A stretch of 64,000 nt of DNA from Dictyostelium discoideum (GCA_000004695.1 CM000150.2:2016001-2080000), one strand, 5' to 3'; shown: positions 40,699 through 54,544, counted from the stretch's first letter. A program made the numbers and translations. Notes: generated from the letters alone by a model not told the origin.

Positions 40699-41337
40699 AT
40701 GGATGACGATGATAATAAAAAATCTTCAAAACTTGAAGATATTACTCAAAATTTAGTAATGGATAATAAACATAATAATATTATTAGTAATAATGAATCA
40801 ATTGATAGTGGTGCAGTTTCAATTAATAAAATTGAAATTGTGTCTCCATCAAATGAATTAGAGGAACCTTTCAATTTTATCAATGATACAGAAAATATAG
40901 TTGAAGAAGAAGAGGAAGAAGAAGAAAAAGAACAAATTATCAATGTTAAAGAAAATCAACACGAAAAAGAGGAAAATGATAAAAATAATAGAATTGAAAA
41001 TGAAAAAAAAGACATTCAAAAAGAAGAGAGTCAACAAATTTTGGTTTTTGATCAATGTACAGAGTCAAGAGAGGAAGTTTATGTTGAAGAGGATGACGAT
41101 GATGAATATCATGATTTAACTACTGATAAAGAAGATAACGAATTACCATCCATAGAAGAGAATGAAGATGATCAATTAAATTCAACATTTACTATAAACA
41201 AAAAAACAATAAATAATAGTGACGATTATGATGACGATGAAGAGGAAGAGGATGATGAAGAAGAGGATGAAGAGGAAGAAGAAGAAGAGGAAGAAGATTT
41301 AGTTAGTAGTAATAAAAATAATAATAATAATAATAAC

Positions 41338-41377
<40 letters not shown>

Positions 41378-43794
41378 GCAATAATAAAAATAGTAATACC
41401 AAAAAAAGAAGCCTCTCAAATCCAACATCACCAACATTATCACCTTCTCCCACTTCTAATAATATTAGCGAAAGTAATAATATTGTTAAAAGTAATAATA
41501 GTGCTTTAAATATTAAAAAGTCAAACAATACAACGAATAAACCAAAAAATAGTGTTCATAGTAGTAGCAGCAACAATAACAGTAATAATAAAAACATAAA
41601 TAGTAGAAATTTATTAAATCATATCAATAGTGGTAATTATTCTACAGTACCAACAAACAATAATGGTGTTGTTAGTTTAACATTCGATAGCAATCCAAAT
41701 AGTAGTTATAGTATCAATAGTAGTAATTATGATGACGATGATGAACAATATTATAATGAAGTATTGGAGTTGAATATTAATAAAGTTAATAGCAACAATA
41801 GCAACAATAACAACAATAATAATAATAGTAATAATAATAGTAAAAATAAAAATACTAGCAACGGTAGTAACATCAATAACAGTGGCAACACCAAAATGGT
41901 AAAGAAAACAAGAAATACTATAAGTGGTAGTAAACATAATAGAACCAATAGTACAGCATCAATAGAAAATACAACTACAGATGAAGACTTTGGTGACTTT
42001 GAGGATGATTTAGATGAAAACTTTATCGAGGGTTCTGAGGAAGAAGAGGAGGAAGAGGATGATGATGACGATGAAGAAGAGGAAGAGGAAGAAGATGTAA
42101 CCAATGTATCAGATTCAAATGAAGAGGATCTTGGTAATTTCGAAGGTTTAGATGAAGAAAATGGTTTACTTGAGGGTAATTTCTCAAATGAGGAATTACC
42201 AAACAATACCAACGAAGAAGATGAAGAAGAAGAAGAAGATAACTTTAGTAATAAAAATAATCCTTTCCAATTCTCATTTAACAACAATAATAGTGGTAGT
42301 AATAACAGCAATAGTAATGCATTCCAAAAAACCTATAGCTTATTTGGTCAACAATCATTCTTTAATAATATTATAAATCCAGTTTCAGAATTAAATACAA
42401 ATTCATTCCTCAAACCACTTAATAATAATACTAATTTTGGTTCACCTTCAAAAGCACAAAAGAAACAACAACAACAACAACAACAACAACAGCAACAACA
42501 ACAGTTTAGTAATAACAATAACCAAACTATGCAATCCCCAATGTTTAATACTCCATTCGTTAACAGTAGTAATTTATTTAATGGTTATGATAATAATAAT
42601 AATAATAATAGTAATAATAACTTCATAAATAAATTCCCTTATGGCCAACCATTACAACAACCGCAACAATTTAATAACTTTGGATTTATTCCGAATTTAA
42701 ATGGTACACCAACTATAAATGAATTCTTAATTCAACACCAATTTTTAGGTTTATCAAATGAAAATCGACAATTTGTTATGACTTTCACAAGTTATGGCTT
42801 CTCGATGGAGCAATGTTTACATGCACTTTATAATAGTAATAATGATAGAAATATTGCTTCAAAATGGTTAATAGAATTAAAATCATTTCTTATTAATTGG
42901 CAATCACTCTCAAATAATAATAACAATAATAATAACAATAATAATAACAATATGAATATGAACATGAACATGGGTTTACCACAGCAATCTTTACAAAATA
43001 ATAATACTATCAACAATAACAACAATATCCCAAATGCTTTCTTTGATTTCCATAATAACAATAATAATAATAATAACAATAACAACATTACAAGTAATAC
43101 TTTTAACAATAACAATAATAGTAATAATAACAATAATAATAATAATGGATCACCATCAAATCAAGACTTTTTTAATCTTACAACTAGTAATAGTGGAAAA
43201 TCTATTTCAAATTCTTCATCACCAACATCATCTTCAACACCCCAACATCCATTTAGTACTGGAGTAAGAAATTCAATCTCTTCAAATAATCAAAAACAAA
43301 CAAAAGAATCAATGTCCTCAACCTCATCAAACTCATCGGCATCTAGTATTGATAAAAAACTATTATCACCATTACAAAAAACTCAAAAATTAATGAATAT
43401 CGATCAACAGCAACAATCATCACCACCATCCCTACAAGCAACACAAACAACACAACCAACAAAAGATTTAGATGAGGCTAATAGATATTATGAACTTGGT
43501 GTTTACTATCTAAAACAACATGATTATGAAAAAGCATTAACTCATTTCGACAAATCCTATGAAATTAATCCAACTAGTCAAGCTATGAATAAAATATTTG
43601 AATTAACAAATAAAATGTTTAAAAGTAAAAATAATAGCAACAATAACAATAGTAATAATAACAACAATAATACTAGTAGTAGTAGTACTAATAATAGTAA
43701 TAGTACTGAAAATCAAAATACCACAAGTTCTAATAACTCAAAACCTGATCCATTACCAAAAACTGATAAAAAATCAGGGGACTCAAATTTATTA

Positions 43795-43840
<46 letters not shown>

Positions 43841-44840
43841 TCACATGGGCGGATAAGTCAGAATCGAAAAAACCTGAACCAGGAAGTAAGGAACTATTGG
43901 CAAATCAAGCTACTGATAATTGGAATAAGAAACAACAACAACAATCAAAACTATCAAATGGTACAAATGTTTGGGGTATTGCAACAAAAACAACAACAAC
44001 AACTTCAACAACAACAATTTCTGATAATACCACAACTTCAAATAAACCAGCACTATCAATTTCAATACCATCAAATGACACTAATGAACCATTAGAATCA
44101 AAGAAGGATACAAAGTTACAAACTAAAAATAAAGTCGCAACAGCAACAGCAACAAATACTACACCAGCATCAACAATAACAGAGTCTAAAAAAGATGGTA
44201 ATGAATCATCACCAGAAGTTGATAAAGTAAATGATTCAACTCAAAGTAGTAATGGTGGTGATGAAACCGATTCAACAATAACACCATCGTCATCATCATC
44301 ATTATCATCTAAACAAGCAAGAAAGAAAACAAAACAACAACAAAAAGAAGAGAAAAGAAAAGAAAAAGAAGAAAAAGAACAACGTGAACGTGAAGAGAAA
44401 AAACAAAGAGATGAACAATTGGAATTGGAAAGATTGGAAAAGTTAAAGAAAGAAAAAGAAGATGCTGAACAACGTGAACGTGAAGAAAAAGAAAAACAAA
44501 AACAAATGGAAATCGATCGTATCGAAAGACAATTAAAAGATGAGAAGGAGAGAAAAGAACAAGAACATGAAAAGAAACAACAATTAGAATTGGAAAGACA
44601 CCAGAAAGAAGAGAAAGAAAGAAAAGATAAAGAAAAGAGAAGACAAGAAAGAGAAAGAAGAGAAGAGTCATTACGTTATCAAATTGAATTGGAAAGAAAA
44701 GAAAGAGAACAACGTGAAAAACAATTGGAAAAAGAATTAGAAAAAGAAAAAGAAAGAAAACTTCAATTAAAACAAAAAAAAGTTAAAAAACAACAAACTA
44801 ATCAAAATATTAATGATGACCATAATAATATTGGTAATAA

Positions 44841-44871
<31 letters not shown>

Positions 44872-45102
44872 GATTCACTTGATAATAATAAAAACCAACC
44901 AAATGAAGAGTATATTAAAAATCTTTCTAAAATCTTAAGTGAAAATGGTGTGGGTAATATAAATCTTGAAGATATACCAGACTTAATAAGTGATGATGAA
45001 AGTGATAATGATCTTCCACAACAAACCAATTCAAATAAACAAAAAGACTCATTAACTACCACAACCACTACAACTATAAAACACGGTAAAAATAAAAATA
45101 AA

Positions 45103-45161
<59 letters not shown>

Positions 45162-45951
45162 ATCAACAAGTGCTAAAAAAGGGACAGTTAATCGTAAAAA
45201 ACCAAGATTGAATTCAGATACAAATGGAAATACATTTACTTCAAATATTACTACGCCCTCTTTCAATAATAATAACAATAATAATAGTAATAGTAATAAT
45301 AATAGTAATAATAATGGTAATAATAGTAATAATAATGGTAATAATAATAGTAATAATAATAGTAATAATAATAACAATAATAGTAATAATAGTAGTAGTA
45401 GTAATAATAGCAATAATAATAATAATAATAATAATAACAACAATAATAGTAATAATAATATAAATGGTAATAATAGTAATAGTACTAATTCATCAACAGA
45501 TTCATTCCCTTCTAATTTAATGGGTAACCAAGATCAAACAAACTTTAGTATTCAACCAAGAAAAGCTTTACTCACAAGACATCCAGTTGGCAGTAAAAAT
45601 CGTAAAACCAATGCAATTTTATTATTTATTTGGTGGATTATTAAAATGTTTACATTACCATTACTATCAATACTGGTAAAAATATTTTTTGGTTTATCCT
45701 ATAAATATTGTAAAGCATGTGATTCCTTTCACGATATGACACCAGTTTCAGGTTTTGTTTGGGCTGAAGGTAATAGAATTTTCTTTTTAGGTCATGATCT
45801 TCAAAAGGAAGATGTAACAGATTATGTAGATTTAAAGCAACTAATTGATTTTGACTTACATCACAATAAAAGTGGTAAATCAAAGAAAAAGAAAAATAAT
45901 AATAATAGTAATAATAATAGTAATAATAGTAATAATAATAATCAACAATAA
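40699..45951 (+). CDS. large low-complexity protein, 1750 aa, with a UBA-like domain, TPR-like motif, E/K/R-rich coiled coil and C-terminal TM segment
   Basis: Single 5.25-kb ORF. UBA-like 'FSMEQCLHALYNSNNDRNIASKWLIE', TPR-like 'ANRYYELGVYYLKQHDYEKALTHFDKSYEINP', a charged coiled coil at about aa 1215-1355, and TM 'ILLFIWWIIKMFTLPLLSILVKIFFGL'. Long poly-N/Q/D/E tracts. Confidence 0.55.
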
Positions 45952-46012
45952 TAATTAGGAAATAATATAACAAAAAAGAAATAAAACATAGAATAATTTT
46001 TTTTAATTTATT

Positions 46013-46285
46013 TTATAATAATTTATTTTTTAAATTTGTTAAAATTTTTTTGGTTGTAATTGATTTTTGAATTATAATTTCATTTTGATTATTATTAAAA
46101 GATGATGAATTATTATTTGTTAACTGAATTGAATTAATAATATGACCTACCAATTGTAAATTTTTAATTTCATTAACCAAATCAATAATTTCCTTTGCAC
46201 TTTTTAAATTGGTTTTACTTAAAAGATTAAAAGTTGTAACAGAGGTAACACCAAACATTTCCAAATCATGATAAAAAAGTTTCAA
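46013..46285 (-). CDS. hypothetical ORF, 90 aa, weak support
   Basis: ORF MKLFYHDLEMFGVTSVTTFNLLSK.. with host-like codon usage. It lies beside a repeat-containing, non-AT-rich segment (46290-47417). Confidence 0.2.
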   Translation of the reverse strand: MKLFYHDLEMFGVTSVTTFNLLSKTNLKSAKEIIDLVNEIKNLQLVGHIINSIQLTNNNSSSFNNNQNEIIIQKSITTKKILTNLKNKLL

Positions 46286-47442
46286 TAATGTTTAATATTT
46301 CAGAGCAACAGGATCAAATTAAAGTATTGGAATTTAACCCATCATTTATTATTATTGGTCATTGGTATGTGTATATGTATATTATTTTAAAAAATTAATT
46401 TTAATTCTCTAAAATTTATTTTTTAAAATTTATTTTTAGTTTTGGAGATTGTTCGGGTATGATTGGTAATGGAATGTTACATTTACTATAAATTCAATTT
46501 CAAATCAATTATTTCTTCAAAAAATCATATTTTTGCTGGGACGTGGAATATACGAATCATTGGCTGAATTCTTAGTTGGTTTCAAACATTATATAATCAA
46601 CCTACCAAAGGTGGTGGTTTTTAAGTGGAGACGCTGCTTTGTTATTTAAATACATGATCTCAAGATATAATTAAAGTTTTACTAAAGTATAGAAAAAGAA
46701 AGATGTTTGATTGTTAGAAAAGCTATTACATTTTCCAAAATCAAAACATGAAGATTTAGAAATGTTAATTTTCAAATTTTCAAATTTATAATTGTTCAAG
46801 AGACTGATACACAAATTTCTCAAAGTGAATTGATTAGAAAATTTTACCACACAAAAATTCACCAAATTTACCATCCAAATTTACCACATCAGATGACACA
46901 ACTCACAGGTTGTTCATTTGTTGTTCATTTTAGTGATCACCCTAAAAAACAATAAACAGATTAAGATTCCTTAAAATAGGTTAACAAAAATAATACAAAA
47001 GCAATAAAGATGATTGAAACAAATAATGTTTAATTTATTTATTAATGTTTCAAAAGTTATTACAATAGCAGGTATGGATACTAAAATTATAAATCAATGT
47101 CATTCGAATGAATCTTGTGATGGTATCTTAGGTAAAAAAAGTTTTGAGATTGTGGTTTAATCGGTGCAATTAATGATGGAAATAATATATTATTTTCAAT
47201 TAAAGGTTTTAGTTCAAATAGTTATGGTATTGGCAAACGTAGTTTTTGATAAACCATCAACAATTTTTAAACCTGTTGGGCTAGCATTTAAATCAGCTAA
47301 TGGTACCATAGAACCTGATGAAATTTATTATGTTGGGGTTCATGGAACTGGTTTGGTATATTTTAGTCATTGATAATTTGATTTTTGTATTGGCTTTTGT
47401 GATTCAAAGCTTTTTAAGTTTTTTTTTTTTTTTTTTTTTTGA

Positions 47443-48546
47443 TATAAATAAACTATTGTAGTATACAATTAGTATGTTATTTTTATTTATTTATTTTAGG
47501 TTTTTTAGTTTTTGTGAATTTAAAATAGTATGTTATTTTAGATTAGGTAATTAATAATTAATTGGTGGTGTAATTGTTGGAATTGGTTCATTAGTGTTTA
47601 TGCTCCATTCTTTTTTAAATTTTTTGATGGTTTCGGACCATTGGGTTTCTTTTTGAGTTTTTGTGAGGTTGTTTTTAATTGAGTATTGGTTAAAGTTTGA
47701 TAAAGTTCTTGAATATTCCAATCTTATTAGCTTGTGCCATTTTGATTTTAATATATCATAATCTAGTGTTGTGTTGTTTATTTGGTTGTTCCAATTATCA
47801 ATTGATTGAGTTATATTGATGTCAAATAATGATTTGCATAACCATATCCATATTTGGTGAATAACTAATGAGATTATGTTCCAATATGCATGTGTTCTGA
47901 CTAGATCAAGATTTGTGTTTATATAATTCCAGTTGGACCTGTATTTTTTATATTGTGCGTTTTCTGCAAAATGAAAATTAATATTGATAGTTGGATCTGG
48001 TTTAAATGCTTTGTTGTTTGTTTGTGGTTTATAGATGAGTGTGTATAATTTTGTTGTTTGGTTTTTTGTTAGTGACCAGTTTTTGTTTCCATTGCAATTT
48101 TTATATATAAAATATTTTAATTTGTCGTGGTTTATGAAGTTGATTGTGTGCTGACAATTGAAAAACAAATGACCATAGGGATCATTTTTCATTTCATTGT
48201 TGCAAATGGGGCAAACTTTGTTGTGTAGATGATTAATCGGAAGACATCTAGCATGGAATCTTTGCATTGTATCACGGCCTTTTGGATCTTTTAATTTTTG
48301 AATATTGACAAAAAGTTGGTCGTATGTGTATTTCCATAATAGTTGTATTGATTGTTGGTGCGAAGTAAGAAGTAGATCTGAATATTTCTTGCCAATATAG
48401 TCTTTTGATTTGCATTGGTGATTGTTTAGTATTGTCGAGTAGATTTCTTTGAGTGTTGGTGGTAGTGGAATATTATTTGTGTTTAATGTTTGAGAGGGTT
48501 GGTTTTTTGTTAATATTGGTTGTAGGATTTGAACTTTATCTTTTAG
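47443..48546 (-). mobile_element. TRE3-like non-LTR retrotransposon, 5'-truncated copy, downstream of tRNA-Val(AAC)
   Basis: An open frame covers 48540-47551 and the ORF track reports the part from the first ATG (47551-48267, 238 aa). It is the C-terminus of an ORF2 ('..CPICNNEM..H..C' zinc-finger, 'THAYWNIISLVIHQIWIWLCK'). It is more than 95% identical to 55718-56845. The 3' UTR ends '..caatagtttatttatatc' plus an oligo(A) tail, seen as plus-strand T25 at 47418-47442. The truncated 5' end lies about 65 bp downstream of the tRNA 3' end, in the same orientation. Confidence 0.6.
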
Positions 48547-48610
48547 CTTTTTATGTTATCACATCCTGGAATCGATCATGCGATCCTTATTTCTCAAACC
48601 TAAAAATGAA

Positions 48611-48684
48611 TATTCAGAGCGGGAATCGAACCCACGACCTAATCCGTGTTAAGGATTCGTGATAACCGACTACACCATCCGAAC
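48611..48684 (-). tRNA. tRNA-Val (anticodon AAC)
   Basis: Manual fold of the minus strand: acceptor GTTCGGA/TCTGAAT with two G-U pairs, anticodon stem AATCC/GGATT with loop TTAACAC, T-arm GTGGG-TTCGATT-CCCGC, discriminator A. Confidence 0.7.
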
Positions 48685-48704
48685 TAATCGTTATTTTTTA
48701 AAAT

Positions 48705-49205
48705 CTGGACACGTGTGGTCTTCCAATAACCTCGATCTGGCATTAAACGCAAACCTTATAGAATCCTCTTTGAAGCGATCTGAAAAAAGACACAAATTTA
48801 AAAATGATAACACAACCATACTTATCAACAAAAAGCAAATAATAAACAAACTTATAAAAACTCAAGAAGCTTCATATGACAAAACAAATCGAACATTAAC
48901 AAACTAATCAGACTAAGAACCAAGAAGATGAAAAGAAACTAACACAAACAATCTCAAGAGCACTCCAATATTTCAGCAAACAATGGAACTCCCACCCACT
49001 TATACCAATTCATCAATACCACAAACACACTTTTTGATAAAAAAAAATAAAAATAAAAAATAATAATAATAAAAATAACATCAATAATAAAAAAAAAAAA
49101 AACTAAACTAAACTCACCCCCTCTTTTAGAGGTCCTGTAAAAATATTACAAATAAAATGAGATTTAGCATCTTTAGGAAAAGCAACTAATAATTGCATCC
49201 AATTC
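48705..49205 (+). mobile_element. short TRE5-like element (5' module plus 3' module and A-rich tail), head-to-head upstream of tRNA-Val(AAC)
   Basis: Non-AT-rich block starting about 21 bp upstream of the tRNA 5' end. It ends in an A-rich tract (49065-49110) plus a 3' module 'ctgtaaaaatattacaaataaaatgagatttagcatctttaggaaaagcaactaataattgcatccaattc', about 85% identical to the 3' end of the element at 5480-5550. Confidence 0.4.
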
Positions 49206-49537
49206 AAAAAGTTTTTTTTTAATAATTAAACTAGAATAAGTTTTTGGTAAATTTATTTTAGTGAATTTTTGGTAAATCAAAAATAAAATTTTTTTTAATT
49301 TTACAATTTGAATCATCTAATACTTTAAATTTCTATTTTTTTGATAAAATAATATAAACTGGAAATTTCACATCAATATGGTTTAAAATTGGGGTAAATA
49401 TAAAATAAAATAATAAACTTACATTTTCAAATATTTTTTGAGCTTCATCATTTTTAAATTCAATTACATTATAACACCAAATGATTAAAGAATTTGTATT
49501 AAAATATAAAATATATTTTAAAAATAAAAAATATTAT

Positions 49538-49780
49538 TTAGTTACCAATAACTTTTTTAAAGTATTTTGCTAATCTAACAGTTGCTTGACCACTACCAGC
49601 ACCAACATCAATTGCAAGATCTCTTTTTTCATCACAATATGAATCAATAATTGAATATAATTCATCATTGTATGTTGGTCTAAAAATTTTATAAGATTCA
49701 CTTACACTTCCAAATTTATCATCAAATTTGGTTGGTGTTGGAATTGGAACTGATGATAAAGGTGATGATGATGATTTCAT
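49538..49780 (-). CDS. SAM-dependent methyltransferase, N-terminal exon only; partial or possibly disrupted gene
   Basis: ATG at 49780, motif I 'IDVGAGSGQATVRLAKYF', GTAACT donor at 49537. Downstream (lower coordinates) I could not assemble convincing exons before reaching the TRE5-like element at 49205. Confidence 0.4.
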   Translation of the reverse strand: MKSSSSPLSSVPIPTPTKFDDKFGSVSESYKIFRPTYNDELYSIIDSYCDEKRDLAIDVGAGSGQATVRLAKYFKKVIGN

Positions 49781-50041
49781 TGTTTATTGTTTTAAATTAA
49801 TGAAAAAAAAATTATAAATAAAAAATTATAAATAGAAAATAAAAAAAAATTTAAATAAAAATTAAAAATTAAAATTAAAACATTTAGGGGTGTTTGTCTT
49901 TTTGGTGGTTTAAACAAAAAAAAAAAAATAAAAAATAAAAAAAAATAAAAATAAAAATAAAAATAAAATTACAGGGATGCTATTTAATAATTTAAAAAAA
50001 ATTAAAAATAAGTTTTTCCTTTTTTTAAAATTCAATTCCTT

Positions 50042-51379
<1,338 letters not shown>

Positions 51380-51639
51380 TTTTATTTAAAATTTAAACAA
51401 AACAAAGAGAAAAGGTCATATGACCTGTTTTTTTTTTTTTTTTTTTTTTTCTAAATTTTTTTTTTTTTTTTTTAAAAAAATAAATATCTTAATTCAAAAA
51501 AAAAATATAAAAACAATTTTTCTTTTTTTAAAAATCAGTTTTATGTTTTTATACTTTAGCAAACAAATAATACTTTGATTGTTTTAAATTATCTTTTTTT
51601 TTTTTTTTTTTTAATATTGATTAATCATAGTTTATCCTT

Positions 51640-52130
51640 TAAAATTACTTGGATCTTTTGAAAGAGTTAGTTTTAAGTCTTTTGCTTTTTATATATTCTG
51701 GGCTGGCTAGTTTGAACCATTAAGTAAGGTCGAGTATGAAAGCTTTTCAACTTTCGACGGTTCATCTCTGTACAATTGGTCGCAGACCCAAGTCCAGATG
51801 TTGTGAGATATTAGTGCGATTATGTTTCTATATGCGAAGGATTTAGATAGGTCATAGTTTACACATTTATACCCCCATTCGAAGTATTCTTTATGGAACA
51901 CACCTTGCAAACTTGGGATATGAAAAGTTACAGAACTCTAACTACCAAAAGGAGAGCCCTTTAGCTGATGTATTTAATGATGTCTATTCACTCCACACCA
52001 TCTAAGGTTTGCATTGGTTACCTTTTTGTGTAAAGAAGATGCACATTCATAAGGTTATTACGGAAAACAGCATCTATCCACTTCAATATGAACAAAATGC
52101 GAATGGTGAAGGTGATACCGATGATGATGA
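51640..52130 (-). mobile_element. fragment of a second non-LTR retrotransposon family (ORF2 C-terminus plus 3' region)
   Basis: Non-AT-rich block. The ORF 51707-51910 'FAYRNIIALISHNIWTWVCDQLY' is homologous to the 'HAYWNIISLVIHQIWIWLCKSLF' segment of the TRE3-like ORF2, at roughly 50% identity. Confidence 0.4.
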
Positions 52131-52279
52131 CGATGAGGAGATGTTACATGATGAAGAATATAATAATTTTTAATTTTTTAAAAAATTAAAAAGGGGAAAA
52201 AAAAAATAATAAAAAAAAAAAAATAAAACCTTAATTGGTTTTGTTTATGTAATAATCTTTTAAAAAATATATTCTATTA

Positions 52280-52627
52280 TTATTTTTCTTCTTCTTTTGT
52301 TGGAATATCTGTTCTTTTTCGAGAACCAGGAAAATTAAGATCCAAAATATTGACTGTAAAGAGATCTTGAATATTTTTGTCTTGAACTAAATAATCCTCA
52401 CCACTTTGGTAGTGTAATACATCTCTGAATTGAAAAAGAGGTAAGGAACCATCTTCGTTAACTTTGAGTGATTGATAAAGTATTGATGCAGTTTTATACA
52501 TTTCAAGACTTTCTACTACTTCCTTGATACATTCTGCTGTACAATCTTTCCCAAATTCAAATTCCAATAAGTTATCATATTGAAAAAGTTTTTCAGTAAA
52601 ATCTGGGTGGTGGTGGTTACGGTTCAT
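52280..52627 (-). CDS. hypothetical protein, 115 aa
   Basis: ORF with a real ATG (MNRNHHHPDFTEKLFQYDNLLEFEFGKDCTAECIKEVVESLEMYK..). Codon usage is mixed and there is no confident family. Confidence 0.3.
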   Translation of the reverse strand: MNRNHHHPDFTEKLFQYDNLLEFEFGKDCTAECIKEVVESLEMYKTASILYQSLKVNEDGSLPLFQFRDVLHYQSGEDYLVQDKNIQDLFTVNILDLNFPGSRKRTDIPTKEEEK

Positions 52628-53167
52628 TTTTTTTTTCTCTGTGTCAAAAATGAAAATTATTTGTGTGAATAAAAAATAAAAAAAAAAAAAAAAAATTTTA
52701 AAAAAAAAAAAAATAAATAAAAAAAATAATAAAATAATAACAATGACAACTTAATTTTTTGAGTGAGAAATTATAAATAAATAATAAATAAATTTGTAAA
52801 TTAAAAAAAAAAAATAATAAATAAAAAAATTATTTTTTAATTTTTACCTAATTTACACAAAAACATTAATGTTTTTCTCACCATTTTATCTTTGTATAAA
52901 TTTTTTTTATTTTTTTATTTTATTATATTATACTTCATATAAATAACTATCTCCAAATGAAATTTTTATTAAAAATTAATTTATTGATCTTTTTTTTTTG
53001 TGAATTCCTGTAACTCACATCACTATGTTGGTATTATCGATGACAATTCTATAACTCCAAACATGCAATGGTTTAACGATATTATGTTCATTAGAAGAAA
53101 CGCCAATGGTGCCTGGCCTAGAGTTAATTCTTTTAATTGAAACGGGGTATACTTTGTTTTCGGGAAT

Positions 53168-53746
53168 ATGGCTCCTCATGGATTGACCTTGCTGTATATA
53201 GGTAAAGCATCCCATCAAGATGGGATGGGTTTGTACCACAGAGGTTACTCAGATATAGTTGGTCGCCCAAGGTTTTGGGGGACTCCAAATGCAAGACCAC
53301 TAGAAATGGCAAATGCCCAAATTTTAATGTATTATAGAGGTTTTGATGGTCCAGTTGCTGGTCATGCTGAGTGGTTCCTTTCAGTATTTGGGTGCCCAGA
53401 AAATAGTTTCAACGAGGGTGGTTTAAAGGAATCTCAATTTTGTTATGGTGCAGGTCAATGGAATTTTTTCCATGCAACTGCTCCCGCAGTTAATGTTTGC
53501 CAATATATTATAAATCAAGATCCATCCCCTGGTCTTTTTTTTAGATATCCAAACTATCCATCTGCTCCAAGTATTATAAGAAGAATTGTTGATTGTGAAA
53601 CTGAACGATTACTCGCTGAAGGTCTTTCACTTCAAGTTCCTGGTCTTCAAAATCAAGTGTTAAATCTTCAAAATCAAGTGGAAAATCTTCAAAATGCAAA
53701 CCAACTATTTGCAAACCCCAAACTTCATTACAACAAGAATCATTAA
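53168..53746 (+). CDS. GC-richer ORF of unknown function, 192 aa, next to the YqaJ-like gene; weak support
   Basis: ORF MAPHGLTLLYIGKASHQDGMGLYHRGYSDIVGRPRFWGTPNARPLEMANAQILMYYRGFDGPVAGHAEWF... ending in a Q/N-rich coiled-coil-like tail. Non-host codon usage (GGG, CGC, CCC, CTG). A 39-codon open segment upstream (53021-53137) is separated by one stop codon. Confidence 0.3.
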   Translation: MAPHGLTLLYIGKASHQDGMGLYHRGYSDIVGRPRFWGTPNARPLEMANAQILMYYRGFDGPVAGHAEWFLSVFGCPENSFNEGGLKESQFCYGAGQWNFFHATAPAVNVCQYIINQDPSPGLFFRYPNYPSAPSIIRRIVDCETERLLAEGLSLQVPGLQNQVLNLQNQVENLQNANQLFANPKLHYNKNH

Positions 53747-54407
53747 AATTACAATGTACATGCAAACCATTATAAAACAATCGAAAAGTATCGATGAAGA
53801 TTTGGTACAAGGAACTAAAAAATGGGAAGAAGCAAGAGAGAAGTATTCTTTAACTGGAAGTAGATTAGCTGCTGCAATTGGAATTGATCCATACACTTCA
53901 CAACATGATTTAAAATTAATATTAGCGAAAAAGAAAACCCCATTCTTTAGTGACTACTGTAAAAAGGCAATGGAACATGGTAAACACCAAGAACCAATAG
54001 CAAGAGAATTTTATTTTAATGAATTGGAGACTTCAATTATCGAAAAGGGTATCTTTCCATTGCCAGGCGACAAAAGAATTGGATGTTCTCCTGATGGGGT
54101 AATTTACACAACAGTACCTGGTAAAGATGGAGTTTTACAGCGTGAAGGAGTTATTGAAATAAAATGTCCACTATCTACCACGAACTTCAGTGGCCTAAAG
54201 AATGGTAGAAAACCTGATGCCTTAGCTAATGCTCAGAAAATACCTCTAGATTACATTCCACAAATATTTGCAAACATGGCATGTACTGGGGCACAATGGT
54301 GTGATTATATATGTTGGGTTCCAGGTGAGGTATACTTTTGTAGAAGGGTATTCTTTGATACAAATGTATTCGTTAGCAAAATTATTTATAGATACACCTT
54401 TAAATGA
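53694..54407 (+). CDS. YqaJ/lambda-exonuclease-like PD-(D/E)XK nuclease, complete; about 216 aa if started at the second Met (53754)
   Basis: 'WEEAREKYSLTGSRLAAAIGIDPYTSQHDL', 'HGKHQEPIAREFY', 'GCSPDGVIY', 'GVIEIKCP' and 'IPLDYIPQIFANMACTGAQWCDYICW' match the YqaJ viral-recombination nuclease domain in order and spacing. Non-host codon usage. Confidence 0.6.
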   Translation: MQTNYLQTPNFITTRIIKITMYMQTIIKQSKSIDEDLVQGTKKWEEAREKYSLTGSRLAAAIGIDPYTSQHDLKLILAKKKTPFFSDYCKKAMEHGKHQEPIAREFYFNELETSIIEKGIFPLPGDKRIGCSPDGVIYTTVPGKDGVLQREGVIEIKCPLSTTNFSGLKNGRKPDALANAQKIPLDYIPQIFANMACTGAQWCDYICWVPGEVYFCRRVFFDTNVFVSKIIYRYTFK

Positions 54408-54544
54408 AATACCTTAAAGAATGAAAAAACATTAATAATAAATACATTACTCTTACAGAAACTTAAAGTTTTAAATCCACACCTAAATATTCATGTACGA
54501 ACTAAATTATCATATAGAAAAAAAGTTATAAAAAAAAATAATAA

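Noticed and set aside
41226-45463. Multiple minus- and plus-strand ORFs (41226-41528, 41751-42311, 42828-43133, 44309-44671, 44802-45443, 45224-45463) with poly-L/S/I/V translations
   Set aside because: They are antisense or out-of-frame readings of the GAA/AAT/CAA-rich 1750-aa gene. They have no start context and are pure low complexity.
48659-48907. Plus-strand 82-aa ORF overlapping the tRNA-Val 5' flank
   Set aside because: It lies within the non-coding 5' module of the TRE5-like element and the tRNA, with no coding signature.
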